Source of the DNA: an uncultured Thiotrichaceae bacterium
GTDB lineage: Bacteria; Pseudomonadota; Gammaproteobacteria; Beggiatoales; Beggiatoaceae
Reading direction: 5' to 3'
NCBI GenBank assembly: GCA_964555395.1
Contig: CAZKST010000001.1
Coordinates: 1 to 56,795, forward strand
Length of the DNA stretch: 56,795 nt
The first letter of the stretch is position 1. Each line of letters starts with the position of its first letter. Below are positions 1-11,309 of the stretch, piece by piece. Made by a program: the position numbers and the translations under genes. The notes under the pieces were generated by a model, which saw only the letters and a list, made by a program, of their open reading frames with translations, searched no databases and was not told the DNA's origin.

Positions 1-837
1 AATTAAACGGGTTTTGCCCAAATACGCCGCCGCTAAAATCACAAAATTATTTTCTGTTGTTTCAGGAGTTGCTAAAGTGTCTGCTTGCCGAATTGCAATA
101 TAATCAGGTTTAAATCCTGCATTTGTTAAGGCTTGCGCAGCAACTGTTTCTAAAGCGGTAAAATCGCGTTGTCCTTGTTTTAAAGCCTGTTGAATTATAG
201 AAAGTTGCTTAAACAAAGCGGGCGCAATTTGTCGTTGTTCAGCCGTTAAATAACCATTGCGTGAACTTTTAGCTAATCCATCATTTTCGCGCACCGTAGG
301 TACACCGACGATTTCAAGTGGCATAAATAAATCTGTCGCCATTTTTTTAATGACACAATATTGTTGATAGTCTTTTAAACCAAAAAAAGCAATATCGGGT
401 TGCACTAAATTAAATAATTTCGTCACAATGGTTGTCACCCCTTTAAAATGCGTGGGACGACTTAAACCGCATAAAGTTGGCGTTAAACTAGGTTCTTCTA
501 CAGTTGTACTTTGTTCTAAAGGAAGTGGATATAAAGTTTGCACGGTAGGGGTAAAAACTGCAGTCGTTTTTACGGTGCTTAATAAAGCTAAATCTTGCTC
601 TAAAGTACGCGGATATTTATCAAAATCTTCATTCACGCCGAATTGTAAAGGATTAACAAAAATGCTTACGATGACTTTATCCGCAACTTTGAGTGCTTCT
701 TTAACTAATTGCAAATGTCCTTCGTGTAAATTGCCCATTGTTGGCACGAAAGCAAGTTGATAAGCGTGTGTATAAGGTTGATTGCGTAATTGTTTAACAA
801 AAGTCCGTAATTCTGAATGGGTTGTTAAAGTCAGCAT
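1..837 (-). CDS. panC: pantoate--beta-alanine ligase (pantothenate synthetase); last few C-terminal residues cut by window edge
   Basis: It is not in the ORF track because there is no stop in the window. My translation of the minus strand from ATG 837..835 gives MLTLTTHSELRTFVKQLRNQPYTHAYQLAFVPTMGNLHEGHLQLVKEALKVADKVIVSIFVNPLQF..., which carries the PanC P-T-M-G-x-L-H-x-G-H motif. The frame is open for 279 codons to base 1 (ends ..LGKTRLI). Confidence 0.9.
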   Translation of the reverse strand, partial: MLTLTTHSELRTFVKQLRNQPYTHAYQLAFVPTMGNLHEGHLQLVKEALKVADKVIVSIFVNPLQFGVNEDFDKYPRTLEQDLALLSTVKTTAVFTPTVQTLYPLPLEQSTTVEEPSLTPTLCGLSRPTHFKGVTTIVTKLFNLVQPDIAFFGLKDYQQYCVIKKMATDLFMPLEIVGVPTVRENDGLAKSSRNGYLTAEQRQIAPALFKQLSIIQQALKQGQRDFTALETVAAQALTNAGFKPDYIAIRQADTLATPETTENNFVILAAAYLGKTRLI

Positions 838-1092
838 GAAAAGGGTAATCCTTACAAAAAAGCTTTTTAAAAAAGAATATAGTAACCGCCCGATAAAATA
901 AATATCATTGCCCAAATCGTAATTCACGCAATTTGCTTAATTTCTATAAAAATAATTTTTAAATTGTGTCAATTTAAATTAGTTGCGTGAATTGTGGTTT
1001 AGATAAGAAAGTAATATCTTAATATTTTGGGTTATTTATAAGTCTTTTTATAGTACGGTTACTGTATGTACTAAAGATACATAAATTAGCAT

Positions 1093-1120
1093 AAAAAAAC
1101 CCCCTTTATTTTAAAGGAGG
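1093..1120 (-). terminator. rho-independent terminator after the SurE-like gene
   Basis: The minus-strand RNA reads CCUCCUUUA-AAA-UAAAGGGGG followed by UUUUUUU. The stem is 9 bp with one G-U pair. It lies 40 nt downstream of the stop at 1160. Confidence 0.7.
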
Positions 1121-1159
1121 TTATAAATCTACAATAACCCAAAGTTTGGTAAATAAATT

Positions 1160-2080
1160 TTAGTTCAGACCTAAACCAGATAAGCGTTTTATCATTTCTG
1201 AATATTGTGCAGAATCAACAGTGCCATAACTAGAATCCATTGGACTAACAGTGACATAGCCTGCTTTGATTCGTACACCTTCCGACCATTTTTCTTCAGC
1301 ATTCACTTCTGATGAGGGAATGACCACAATGCCTGGTTTGCTTGCCATTGTCTCTTTATTTTTTTCGCCTGTTGGGTCGCTTGCGTTGGCAAAAACAGCA
1401 GCAGGGTAGCTACTAATGTAAGGTCCCATTTGAGCTGCAAAATGAGGAGTTGCGTCACTATATGAACCAATAAAAGTAAATTCTCCCCCTTTTAATAATT
1501 TCGTATTGGGAATATTTATATTTAAGCCTAAACCATGTGGTAATAATGCCCCATTGCCGCGATTTTTTTCTAAAGCGTTAACTAAACTTAAAACAATGTC
1601 TGCAACCAGTTCTAAATTTTGTTCGCCGCTTGAAGCACTTACAGCAATTGCAGGCACATTACGTTTTAACGCCATGACTGCTGCTCCAACTGTGCCAGAT
1701 AAATTGGTGGCTATTCCTAAGTTATTGCCTGCATTGGGACCAGAGATAACTAAATCAGGCGGTGTCGTGTAAAGTACATCTAAGCCATACAAAACCGCCA
1801 TGACAGGTGTTCCACCAACAAAATTAATAGATTCATCAGTTTCATCTTTGCCAATTTCTACAGGGCGCAAGAAGGTAATTGAAGAAGATTTGCCGCTTTG
1901 GTCATCTTTGGGCGCAGAGATGCGAACGGTATGTCCTGCTGCCTTAAGCTTTTGATAAAGTACGCGAATATTGCTTTTTTGATAACCATCATCATTGCAA
2001 AGCAAAATGGTCAGTGCGTTAACGGGTAATCCATAAGTACATAAACAAATCACTAACAAATAACGAAAAAAATATGTCAT
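1160..2080 (-). CDS. SurE-family 5'/3'-nucleotidase / acid phosphatase paralog with N-terminal signal peptide
   Basis: The N-terminus is hydrophobic (MTYFFRYLLVICLCTYGLPVNA). It is followed by ILLCNDDGYQKSNIRVLYQKLKAAGHTVRISAPKDDQSGKSSS, matching the SurE N-terminal (S/C)NDDG...APxxxxSG signature. Length is 306 aa. Confidence 0.75.
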   Translation of the reverse strand: MTYFFRYLLVICLCTYGLPVNALTILLCNDDGYQKSNIRVLYQKLKAAGHTVRISAPKDDQSGKSSSITFLRPVEIGKDETDESINFVGGTPVMAVLYGLDVLYTTPPDLVISGPNAGNNLGIATNLSGTVGAAVMALKRNVPAIAVSASSGEQNLELVADIVLSLVNALEKNRGNGALLPHGLGLNINIPNTKLLKGGEFTFIGSYSDATPHFAAQMGPYISSYPAAVFANASDPTGEKNKETMASKPGIVVIPSSEVNAEEKWSEGVRIKAGYVTVSPMDSSYGTVDSAQYSEMIKRLSGLGLN

Positions 2081-2640
2081 TGTGCTGAACTCCTAAAGTG
2101 AGAAAAGGGCTTTATTGTGAGTGGGGCTGAGTGACAACATGATGACTTTTTTGTGACAATTTATAACAAGTGAAAGGATTTATTCAGTTTTAGCTTAACT
2201 ATTTGAATAGAAACTTGATTAAAAATGATTGGCGGGAGATTTATTGAATTTATAGAAGTTATGAAAACTAGAGTAGGCTTCTTTTTGCGTTTACTTGTCT
2301 TGTTTTAACCTTAGTTGTTTGCTGACAAGATAAAAAACAATTTTAGCATTTAAGCTTCCTAAACAGTTTAATTTTGATATGATTCGCAACTTTATCACTT
2401 TAACACCTCCCTAATTTTTTGTTAATCTATAGTCTTAAAGCTAACGTAATGATTAGTTTTTAAGCGGTAAAACTATACATAAAATAATAGTTAAGGTGGG
2501 GATTTTGCTTTGTAGTGAAATCAATTAGATACGAATTCACTTAATAACCGTTAACACTTTAGTTTGACACTATTTGTAGAAACTGTTTTTTTAATAGTGT
2601 TCTCAAGTAGTTACTCTTTAAATTTTAGGAGTTTACTTAA

Positions 2641-4638
2641 ATGCCTTTGCGTAAACAATTAGCAAATGCCATTCGTGTCCTTAGTATGGATGCTATACAA
2701 AAAGCCAATTCAGGACATCCAGGTGCGCCGATGGGAATGGCTGATATTGCTGAAGTTTTGTGGAATGATTTTTTAAAACATAATCCAAGCAATCCACAAT
2801 GGGTAAACCGTGACCGTTTTGTGTTGTCTAATGGACATGGTTCAATGTTGCTTTACGCATTGTTGCATTTAAGCGGCTATGATTTATCTATCGAAGATTT
2901 GAAAAATTTTCGTCAATTTCATTCTAAAACCCCAGGGCATCCTGAATATGGATATGCACCGGGTGTTGAAACCACAACGGGTCCATTAGGGCAGGGGATT
3001 AGTAATGCGGTTGGAATGGCGATTGCTGAAAAAACCTTAGCGGCGCAATTTAACCGTCCTAATCATGCAATTATTGACCATTATACCTATGTTTTTTTAG
3101 GTGACGGTTGCATGATGGAAGGGATTTCGCATGAGGTTTGCTCATTAGCGGGTACGTTGAAATTAGGCAAGTTAATTGCCTTTTATGATGATAATGGCAT
3201 TTCTATTGATGGCGAAGTAGAAGGCTGGTTTAGCGATGATACGGCTAAACGGTTTGAAGCTTATGGTTGGCAGGTGATTCCAGCCGTTGATGGGCATAAT
3301 GCGGAAGCGATTCGGCAAGCTGTGCTTGCAGCGCAGCAAGTGACGGATAAACCGACTTTAATTTGTTGTAAAACAGTGATTGGTTGCGGTTCACCGAATA
3401 AACAAGGTAAAGAAGAATGTCATGGCGCGCCCTTGGGCGATGCAGAAATTGCTTTAACTCGTCAGGCTTTAGAGTGGACTGCGCCCGCGTTTGAAATTCC
3501 TGCGGATATTTATGCAGGTTGGGATGCAAAAGCTAAAGGACAGCAGGCACAAAGTGCTTGGGAAAGTCAGTTTGTCGCGTATGCACAAGCTTATCCTGAG
3601 TTAGCCACAGAATTGCAACGGCGGTTAAAAGGCGAATTCCCCAGCGATTGGCAAGCTAAAGCAGCGGAATTTATCGCAACTACGCAAGTAAAAGCGGAAA
3701 AAATTGCTTCACGCAAAGCTTCACAAAATGCGTTAGCCCATTTTAATGCTTTATTGCCTGAATTATTGGGCGGTTCAGCGGATTTAGCGGGTTCAAATTT
3801 GACCTTGTGGAAAGGTTCAAAAGGCATTCAACAAGATGCGGCGGGCAACTATATTTATTATGGTGTGCGGGAATTTGGCATGGCGGCAATCAATAACGGG
3901 ATTGCGTTACATGGCGGCTTTATTCCTTATGGCGCGACTTTCTTGATGTTTTCTGAATATGCGCGTAATGCGTTACGCATGGCGGCATTAATGAAATTGC
4001 GTTCTATTTTTGTATTTACCCATGATTCTATTGGTTTAGGTGAAGATGGTCCAACCCATCAACCTGTTGAACAAATTGCAACCTTGCGCTTAATTCCCAA
4101 TATGTCGGTGTGGCGACCTTGCGATGCAACAGAATCCGCTGTTGCGTGGAAATTGGCATTAGAGCGTAAAACCATGCCGACCAGCATGGCATTTTCACGG
4201 CAAAATTTAAATCCACAACCGCGTAGTGCTGAACAGGTCGCCAATATTTCCCGCGGTGGCTATATTTTACTTGAACCCGCCACTGCACCTGAAGCGATTA
4301 TTATTGCAACAGGTTCTGAAGTAGGTTTAGCCGTCGATGCGGCAACGCAATTAAATCAAGCAGGACATGCAATTCGCGTGGTGTCTATGCCTTCTACTGA
4401 TACCTTTGACGCACAACCTGAAGCATATAAAGCGGATGTATTGCCCGCTAATATCACTGCGCGAGTAGTGGTTGAAGCAGGTGTAAGCGATGGTTGGTAT
4501 AAATATGTAGGTTGGCAAGGTAAAATTATTGGCATTAATTGCTTTGGGGAATCTGCTCCTGCGGGCGAATTAATGAAACATTTTGGTTTTACGACTGACA
4601 ATGTAGTGAATACCGTTAAAACTTTACTCAACAAGTAA
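2641..4638 (+). CDS. tkt: transketolase
   Basis: 665 aa. N-terminal [18 protein letters not shown], ThDP-binding [12 protein letters not shown], and [19 protein letters not shown]. An AGGAG Shine-Dalgarno-like sequence precedes the ATG. Confidence 0.97.
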   Translation: MPLRKQLANAIRVLSMDAIQKANSGHPGAPMGMADIAEVLWNDFLKHNPSNPQWVNRDRFVLSNGHGSMLLYALLHLSGYDLSIEDLKNFRQFHSKTPGHPEYGYAPGVETTTGPLGQGISNAVGMAIAEKTLAAQFNRPNHAIIDHYTYVFLGDGCMMEGISHEVCSLAGTLKLGKLIAFYDDNGISIDGEVEGWFSDDTAKRFEAYGWQVIPAVDGHNAEAIRQAVLAAQQVTDKPTLICCKTVIGCGSPNKQGKEECHGAPLGDAEIALTRQALEWTAPAFEIPADIYAGWDAKAKGQQAQSAWESQFVAYAQAYPELATELQRRLKGEFPSDWQAKAAEFIATTQVKAEKIASRKASQNALAHFNALLPELLGGSADLAGSNLTLWKGSKGIQQDAAGNYIYYGVREFGMAAINNGIALHGGFIPYGATFLMFSEYARNALRMAALMKLRSIFVFTHDSIGLGEDGPTHQPVEQIATLRLIPNMSVWRPCDATESAVAWKLALERKTMPTSMAFSRQNLNPQPRSAEQVANISRGGYILLEPATAPEAIIIATGSEVGLAVDAATQLNQAGHAIRVVSMPSTDTFDAQPEAYKADVLPANITARVVVEAGVSDGWYKYVGWQGKIIGINCFGESAPAGELMKHFGFTTDNVVNTVKTLLNK

Positions 4639-4783
4639 AAAATCGCGCTCGCGCCAAGACTGTTATCCTCAGCGGCGGCGCAGCGTCATCATGGCATTGT
4701 GCAACAGTGCTTAAAAAAACAAAAAAGTAGTTAAACAAACAATACAATTAATTGAAATAACACGAAATATCTAGGAGAGCAGA

Positions 4784-5797
4784 ATGGCTATTAAAGTCGC
4801 AATCAACGGTTATGGACGGATTGGTCGCAATATTTTACGCGCTTTATACGAATCCAACCGCACTAGCGAAATTCAAATTGTCGCAGTGAATGATTTAGGC
4901 GATGCAGAAACTAATGCGCATTTAACTAAATATGACACCGCTCATGGACGTTTTAACGCTGATGTGAGCGTTGAAGGCAATCATATGATTGTTAATGGCG
5001 ATAAAATTCGTGTTTGTGCTGAACGTGATCCAAGTAAATTACCTTGGGGCGAATTAGGGGTTGATGTTGTTTTTGAATCTACAGGTTTATTCACCAGTAA
5101 AGCAAAAGCAAGCGGACATTTAGCGGCTGGCGCGAAAAAAGTTTTAATTTCTGCACCAGGTGAAAAAGATGTTGATGCCACTGTGGTTTATGGCGTAAAT
5201 CACTCTATTTTAACTTCTGATTTAACCGTTGTTTCTAATGCTTCTTGTACAACTAACTGTTTAGCTCCTTTAGTTAAACCGTTACATACTAAAATTGGTG
5301 TCGTGCATGGTTTAATGACTACGATTCACGCTTACACTAATGACCAAGTGTTAACTGATGTCTATCACAAAGATTTACGTCGCGCACGTTCTGCAACAAT
5401 GTCTATGATTCCTACTAAGACAGGTGCTGCGGCTGCGGTTGGTTTAGTATTACCTGAATTAAATGGTAAATTAGATGGTTTCGCAATGCGCGTTCCTACT
5501 ATCAACGTCTCTGTAGTCGATTTAACTTTTGTTGCTGCGCGTCCAACAACGAAAGATGAAATCAACAGCATTTTAAAAGATGCGTCACAAAATGAATTAA
5601 AAGGCGTGTTAGCGTATAACACTGAACCTTTAGTGTCTGTTGATTTTAATCACAATGCGTTTTCTTCTAACTATGATGCAACGCAAACACGGGTGACTGA
5701 TGGTACTTTAGTTAAAGTATTATCTTGGTATGACAACGAATGGGGCTTCTCCAACCGTATGTTAGATACAACTGTTGCATGGATGAGCGCGAAATAA
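4784..5797 (+). CDS. gap: glyceraldehyde-3-phosphate dehydrogenase
   Basis: 337 aa. NAD fold [10 protein letters not shown], catalytic [12 protein letters not shown], and C-terminal [11 protein letters not shown]. Confidence 0.97.
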   Translation: MAIKVAINGYGRIGRNILRALYESNRTSEIQIVAVNDLGDAETNAHLTKYDTAHGRFNADVSVEGNHMIVNGDKIRVCAERDPSKLPWGELGVDVVFESTGLFTSKAKASGHLAAGAKKVLISAPGEKDVDATVVYGVNHSILTSDLTVVSNASCTTNCLAPLVKPLHTKIGVVHGLMTTIHAYTNDQVLTDVYHKDLRRARSATMSMIPTKTGAAAAVGLVLPELNGKLDGFAMRVPTINVSVVDLTFVAARPTTKDEINSILKDASQNELKGVLAYNTEPLVSVDFNHNAFSSNYDATQTRVTDGTLVKVLSWYDNEWGFSNRMLDTTVAWMSAK

Positions 5798-5810
5798 GCG
5801 ATTAAATCCA

Positions 5811-5835
5811 TTTGGGGAGTGATTCACTCCCCAAA
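5811..5835 (+). terminator. hairpin between gap and minC (possible terminator or attenuator)
   Basis: TTTGGGGAGTG-ATT-CACTCCCCAAA forms an 11-bp perfect stem 14 nt after the gap stop. The downstream U-tract is weak (ACUUCUU), so its function is uncertain. Confidence 0.4.
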
Positions 5836-5880
5836 ACTTCTTAAATATTCCTGCTTTGTTGTTCTTTGAAAGTTAATCTC

Positions 5881-6645
5881 ATGGCAACTAAACCTGTGCT
5901 CACAGTTATCCCCGCGCTTGAACTCAAAGGCAGTCTAGTCACATTGATGACTTTGCGTGTCTTAGACCCTGAACCCGAGATTTTAACGCAACAATTTGTT
6001 AAAAAAATTGAGCAAGCCCCTGATTTTTTCAAAAACGCGCCCATCATTATCGATTTACAAGCTTTACAAGAAACAGAAAAAACCATTGATTTAACGTTTT
6101 TAGTTGCTTTATTAAAACGTTACGAATTAGTACCCGTAGCAATTAAAGGCGGTACAGCGGAGCAAAATCAAGCTGCTTTAGCTTTATCTTTAGGCATTTT
6201 ATCTGCGAGCGCAACAAAACCAGCAACCCGCCAACCCACCGCTAATTTACTCCCTACATTCAACGGCACTGAAACAACTACCGCCACGAATATTACGCAA
6301 CCCGTTGTTACTAAAGTGATTACGCAACCTGTGCGCTCTGGTCAACAAATTGTTGAAATGAACGGGGATTTAGTCATTCTTTCCAGTGTAAGTGCAGGGG
6401 CAGAAGTATTGGCACAACGTCATATTCACGTCTATGGTGCATTGCGAGGGCGGGCATTGGCAGGGGTCAATGGCGACCAAGAAGCGCGGATTTTTTGCCA
6501 AGTGCTAGATGCTGAATTGGTTTCGGTTGCAGGGCATTACATTGTCAATGAAGATTTAGACAGTAGCGTGCGCAATAAAGCCACCCAAATTTTTTTGCAA
6601 GAGGGGCAACTTGCTATTCAAGCCTTAGAACCCTATCCACGTTAG
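5881..6645 (+). CDS. minC: septum site-determining protein MinC
   Basis: The C-terminal beta-helix region reads VRSGQQIVEMNGDLVILSSVSAGAEVLAQRHIHVYGALRGRALAG. The gene sits upstream of minD-minE. The track ORF starts at TTG 5866; I prefer ATG 5881. Confidence 0.9.
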   Translation: MATKPVLTVIPALELKGSLVTLMTLRVLDPEPEILTQQFVKKIEQAPDFFKNAPIIIDLQALQETEKTIDLTFLVALLKRYELVPVAIKGGTAEQNQAALALSLGILSASATKPATRQPTANLLPTFNGTETTTATNITQPVVTKVITQPVRSGQQIVEMNGDLVILSSVSAGAEVLAQRHIHVYGALRGRALAGVNGDQEARIFCQVLDAELVSVAGHYIVNEDLDSSVRNKATQIFLQEGQLAIQALEPYPR

Positions 6646-6806
6646 AGTAAAACGTGAGATAGTCTGGTCAATCTTTTCAGATTTAACATTTTTTTGTAGT
6701 CTAGGCACGTTTTTTACATCTATTTTAAAACGACTATGCAGATGGCTATTCAATCTTATACAAACACGCCATAACGAATTTAAAGAATTTTTTAGGAGAA
6801 AAGTGC

Positions 6807-7610
6807 TTGACTAAAATCATCGTTGTGACATCAGGCAAAGGCGGAGTGGGCAAAACAACCACCAGTGCAGCATTTGCGACCGGTTTAGCATTACGCGGTT
6901 ATCCAACCGTTGTTATCGATTTCGATGTAGGATTACGGAATTTAGATTTAATCATGGGCTGTGAACGCCGTGTAGTCTATGATTTGATTAATGTAATTAA
7001 TGGCGAGGGCAATCTTAATCAAGCGTTAATTCGTGATAAGCGCGTTGATAATTTATACATTCTGCCCGCTTCGCAAACACGCGATAAAGAAGCACTGACT
7101 TTGCAAGGCGTTGAACGGGTTTTAACAGAATTAGCAGAACGTTTTGCTTTTATTGTCTGCGATTCTCCCGCAGGGATTGAGCAAGGCGCGCTTATGGCAA
7201 TGCACTTTGCTGATGAAGCGATTATTGTTACTAATCCAGAAGTGTCTTCAGTGCGCGATTCTGACCGCATGATTGGTTTATTATCCAGCAAAACCCGTAA
7301 AGCCATTGAAGGAGCGCGCATTAAAGAGCATTTATTAATTACACGCTATTCCCCGAAGCGAGTGAATTCAGGTGAAATGATGAGCTCAGCCGATGTGCAA
7401 GAAATTTTGGCAATTCCTTTACTGGGCGTAATTCCAGAATCCTCTTCAGTTTTACAAAATTCCAATGCCGGCATTCCCATCGTGTTAGATGAAAATAGTG
7501 ATGCGGGACAAGCTTATTTAGATATCGTTGCCCGCTTTTTAGGTGAAAATCGTCCGCATCGGTTTTTACAAGAGAAAAAAGGCTTACTTGCCCGTTTATT
7601 TGGCAATTAA
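6807..7610 (+). CDS. minD: septum site-determining ATPase MinD
   Basis: MTKIIVVTSGKGGVGKTT contains the deviant Walker A. The C-terminus has an amphipathic membrane-targeting helix (KKGLLARLFGN). The start is TTG, 8 nt after AGGAG. Confidence 0.96.
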   Translation: MTKIIVVTSGKGGVGKTTTSAAFATGLALRGYPTVVIDFDVGLRNLDLIMGCERRVVYDLINVINGEGNLNQALIRDKRVDNLYILPASQTRDKEALTLQGVERVLTELAERFAFIVCDSPAGIEQGALMAMHFADEAIIVTNPEVSSVRDSDRMIGLLSSKTRKAIEGARIKEHLLITRYSPKRVNSGEMMSSADVQEILAIPLLGVIPESSSVLQNSNAGIPIVLDENSDAGQAYLDIVARFLGENRPHRFLQEKKGLLARLFGN

Positions 7611-7634
7611 GCTGAAAAAAGGAACAACATCATC

Positions 7635-7895
7635 ATGAGCTTGTTTGATTATTTTCGTTCAACAAAACCCAAAACAGCGACCTTAGCAAAAGAACGCTTG
7701 CAAATCATTGTGGCGCATGAGCGCGGTTTAAGAAAATCCCAGCTCGATTTTTTGCCATTACTGCATCAAGAATTATTAGCCGTTGTGCGTAAATATGTCG
7801 CGATTGAAGAGGGACAAATTAAGGTCAATGTAGAAAAAGAAGGGGAATATGAAGTGTTAGAATTAAATATTACCCTGCCTGAAAAAGACAATTAA
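7635..7895 (+). CDS. minE: cell division topological specificity factor MinE
   Basis: 86 aa. The N-terminus MSLFDYFRSTKPKTATLAKERLQIIVAHER is typical of MinE. It follows minD by 24 nt. Confidence 0.95.
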   Translation: MSLFDYFRSTKPKTATLAKERLQIIVAHERGLRKSQLDFLPLLHQELLAVVRKYVAIEEGQIKVNVEKEGEYEVLELNITLPEKDN

Positions 7896-7919
7896 ACCGC
7901 TATTTTTTAAGGAAACACG

Positions 7920-8774
7920 ATGGCATCTGCTGCACAACGACTCCGTGATTTATTAAACCGTCCTGCTATTCTCACTATTGCGGGTTGTTATGACGGAATT
8001 TCCGCCAAATTAGTCGAACAAGCAGGGTTTGACGCGGCTTTTATGAGTGGGTTTGGCGTGTCGGCGGTGCGTTTAGGTTTGCCTGATACGGGCTTAATTT
8101 CGTATGAAGAGATGCTTTCGCAAGGGCGCGCAATTTGTGCAGCGACAACCATTCCCGTGTTAGGCGATGGTGATACAGGGTATGGCAATCCTTTGAATGT
8201 TAAACGTACAGTACAAGGTTATGCGCAAGCGGGTTTTGCTTGCATTATGCTTGAAGACCAAGTTGCACCTAAACGTTGCGGACATACGCAAGGAAAACAG
8301 GTAGTTGACCGTCACGAGGCACGAATGCGTATTCAAGCCGCTTTAGATGCTAAAGCAGAAGGAGCAGATATTTTAATCATGGCGCGCACCGATGCACGGG
8401 CAACGCATGGTATGGATGAGGCGTTATATCGCGCTCAGATGTTTGCTGATATGGGCGTGGATATTAACTTTTTAGAAGCTCCGCAAAGTATCGAAGAAAT
8501 GCAGCGTTATTGTCGTAGCGTCCATGGTTTTAAAATGGCAAATATGATTGAGCAAGGCAAAACGCCTTTATTACCAGTGCCGCAATTGGAAGAAATGGGC
8601 TATAAAATCGCGGTGTATCCGTTGACAGCATTAAGTGCGTCTATTTTTGCCATGCAGCAAGCTTTGAAAGCGTTAAAACAGCAGCAGCCTGTTGAGAAAA
8701 TGCTAAGTTTTGAAGAGCTAAAAACAGTTGTTGGTTTTAATGATTATTATCGTGCTGAAGAAAAATATCGCTAA
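7920..8774 (+). CDS. isocitrate lyase / PEP mutase superfamily enzyme (PrpB / carboxyvinyl-carboxyphosphonate phosphorylmutase-like)
   Basis: 284 aa. GDGDTGYGNP metal site and EDQVAPKRCGHTQGKQVV (the K-[KR]-C-G-H superfamily motif). The exact substrate cannot be deduced. Confidence 0.8.
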   Translation: MASAAQRLRDLLNRPAILTIAGCYDGISAKLVEQAGFDAAFMSGFGVSAVRLGLPDTGLISYEEMLSQGRAICAATTIPVLGDGDTGYGNPLNVKRTVQGYAQAGFACIMLEDQVAPKRCGHTQGKQVVDRHEARMRIQAALDAKAEGADILIMARTDARATHGMDEALYRAQMFADMGVDINFLEAPQSIEEMQRYCRSVHGFKMANMIEQGKTPLLPVPQLEEMGYKIAVYPLTALSASIFAMQQALKALKQQQPVEKMLSFEELKTVVGFNDYYRAEEKYR

Positions 8775-8785
8775 TGTGATTTGCT

Positions 8786-9625
8786 ATGTTGAATTTTACA
8801 CAAGAAAATGATTTATGGCTAAATTTGCAGCAACAGAGCAACTCACAACTTCAGCAGCAGCAACTGCTTGAGTTGATTAAATTATTATTGGCAAAAGTTG
8901 ATAATAATGAAACTACGCTTGCACAATTTGATAAAGAAATTTTGCTAGATTGTTTGTTAGAACAACAAAAAATTGCAGAATTTATCGTTACTTTGCTAAC
9001 AACTACGTTGCCGCATTTAGCAGAGGAATATCAAGGAAGCAGTTTTGAGCAAACATTGCAAACGCTTAAACAAGAAGTTGCGCAGCAATTAGCAAAAGCA
9101 AAACAATTGGCGGCTAAAGTAAAACTAATCAACACTGAAAAAAATCGCTTTGCACAAATTACGCAAAAATATCAACATTTAGCACAACAATTCACAGAAG
9201 AACAACAACAACTACAAAATTTCAAACAGCAATATCAACAGTTAAAACAATTAAGCCAACAATTAAAAGAAACTCAGCTCGCAAAATTGACTGTTGTCGA
9301 CAAATTGATTGACGATAGTTTAATGATGATTGCTAGTTTGATTCATACCTTGCAACAACGCTTTTCAAATCAACAACAACACTATCAAGCTAATCAAGCG
9401 GTTACAGAAGCTTTACAACAAGAAGGCTTTGCCCAAACCTATCAATATACAGAAGAATTAATAACACTTAGCCAAACGATTCAAGGACATTTGAGCAGTT
9501 TTGATGCACGTTTAAATGAATGGTTAGCACATAATGAAAAGCAGCAAGCATTATTGAGAAACTTACGAGAACCGCAGCAAACGCTTAGCCACGCCGCCCC
9601 CGACACACCCGAAATAGAAGAGTAA
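8786..9625 (+). CDS. Gln-rich coiled-coil protein of unknown function
   Basis: 279 aa with no TM segment or signal peptide. It has long heptad-like Q/L/K-rich stretches (QQQLQNFKQQYQQLKQLSQQLKETQLAKL). The start is 11 nt after the preceding stop. I recognise no family. Confidence 0.55.
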   Translation: MLNFTQENDLWLNLQQQSNSQLQQQQLLELIKLLLAKVDNNETTLAQFDKEILLDCLLEQQKIAEFIVTLLTTTLPHLAEEYQGSSFEQTLQTLKQEVAQQLAKAKQLAAKVKLINTEKNRFAQITQKYQHLAQQFTEEQQQLQNFKQQYQQLKQLSQQLKETQLAKLTVVDKLIDDSLMMIASLIHTLQQRFSNQQQHYQANQAVTEALQQEGFAQTYQYTEELITLSQTIQGHLSSFDARLNEWLAHNEKQQALLRNLREPQQTLSHAAPDTPEIEE

Positions 9626-9783
9626 AAAAGTTGAGAAAAATACCTTGTTTTTTATTTTGTTATAAAAAATAGGGGAAAAAGTTTTTTTTGATTAAAATTA
9701 ACATAAATTAATTATTAATATTTAAATAAAGCGTTTAATTATCAGATAATTATTCATTTTCACTAGAATTCTTGATTTTTTTA

Positions 9784-9812
9784 TTGACCCTCTTAACCTC
9801 ACCTATTATACT
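9784..9812 (+). promoter_or_regulatory. candidate sigma70 promoter of the atp operon
   Basis: TTGACC (9784-9789), a 17-nt spacer, then TATACT (9807-9812). It lies in an AT-rich 288-nt intergenic region about 100 nt upstream of atpI. Confidence 0.55.
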
Positions 9813-9913
9813 GCAAACTCTTTTGATAAAGCGGCATCATTTATTTTTTGAGAGGTTAAGCTTTTTATGAGTGCAAAACCGCCGCTTAAAGTAAAAAATA
9901 TAGTTTTAAATAC

Positions 9914-10336
9914 ATGTTTAATAAAGTAGCACACCTAATGTCTGACGATAACAAGGTAGCGCCAGCTTCGCAAGCTATCATTGAAGCCAAAAAAATTTTT
10001 AATATTCAAATTTACCTTGTCGCAACAATTACATTAATTGCTTATTTTATTGCAGGACAAGGAAACGCTCAAAGTAGTTTGTTTGGTGGTTTTATTGTGC
10101 TATGTAACACATGGCTTTCCATTCGCCGCCTAGGATGGGCAGAGCAATTGGCAAAAACGAATCCAGGACGTGAACTTGCTGTAGTGTATCAAACAGCTAT
10201 TCAGCGTTTTGTAATTACACTGGTGTTATTTGCCGTTGGTATGGGCATTTTAAAATTAGCCCCTATTCCCATGCTAGCTAGTTTTGCCATTGTGCAACTA
10301 AGTTTTTTCTTTACGCTGTTTCCAGCTAAAAAATAA
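9914..10336 (+). CDS. atpI: ATP synthase protein I
   Basis: 140-aa small hydrophobic protein with about four TM segments, located immediately upstream of atpB. The call rests on position and topology. The start is uncertain (an internal MSDDNK is also possible). Confidence 0.7.
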   Translation: MFNKVAHLMSDDNKVAPASQAIIEAKKIFNIQIYLVATITLIAYFIAGQGNAQSSLFGGFIVLCNTWLSIRRLGWAEQLAKTNPGRELAVVYQTAIQRFVITLVLFAVGMGILKLAPIPMLASFAIVQLSFFFTLFPAKK

Positions 10337-10356
10337 ATAAATTTATAAACTTTTAA

Positions 10357-11205
<849 letters not shown>

Positions 11206-11309
11206 CGGATGAATATAGAAACGGAATTTGTTAAAATTCTGTTTCTAAATTTAAATTTTATCTTTCAATCAAACTTTATTTTACTTTTAATTTTTAAGGA
11301 GACTTTTCA

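Noticed and set aside
428-760. 110-aa plus-strand ORF from the track
   Set aside because: It lies entirely antisense within the well-supported panC reading frame, has low-complexity K/V/T/S composition and no SD. It is a spurious antisense ORF.
921-993. 11-bp inverted repeat AATTCACGCAA / TTGCGTGAATT upstream of panC
   Set aside because: It is borderline against chance expectation (about one per window) and has no known motif. I noted it but do not claim it as an operator.
9792-9860. 9-bp inverted repeat (CTTAACCTC / GAGGTTAAG) spanning the atp promoter and leader
   Set aside because: My rough estimate is that about ten such 9-bp inverted repeats within 60 nt are expected by chance in 57 kb. 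This is not enough to call an operator.
9868-9930. 20-codon upstream ORF (MSAKPPLKVKNIVLNTCLIK) overlapping the atpI start
   Set aside because: It is too short, has no SD and resembles nothing I know. It is in a different frame from atpI, so it is not an N-terminal extension.
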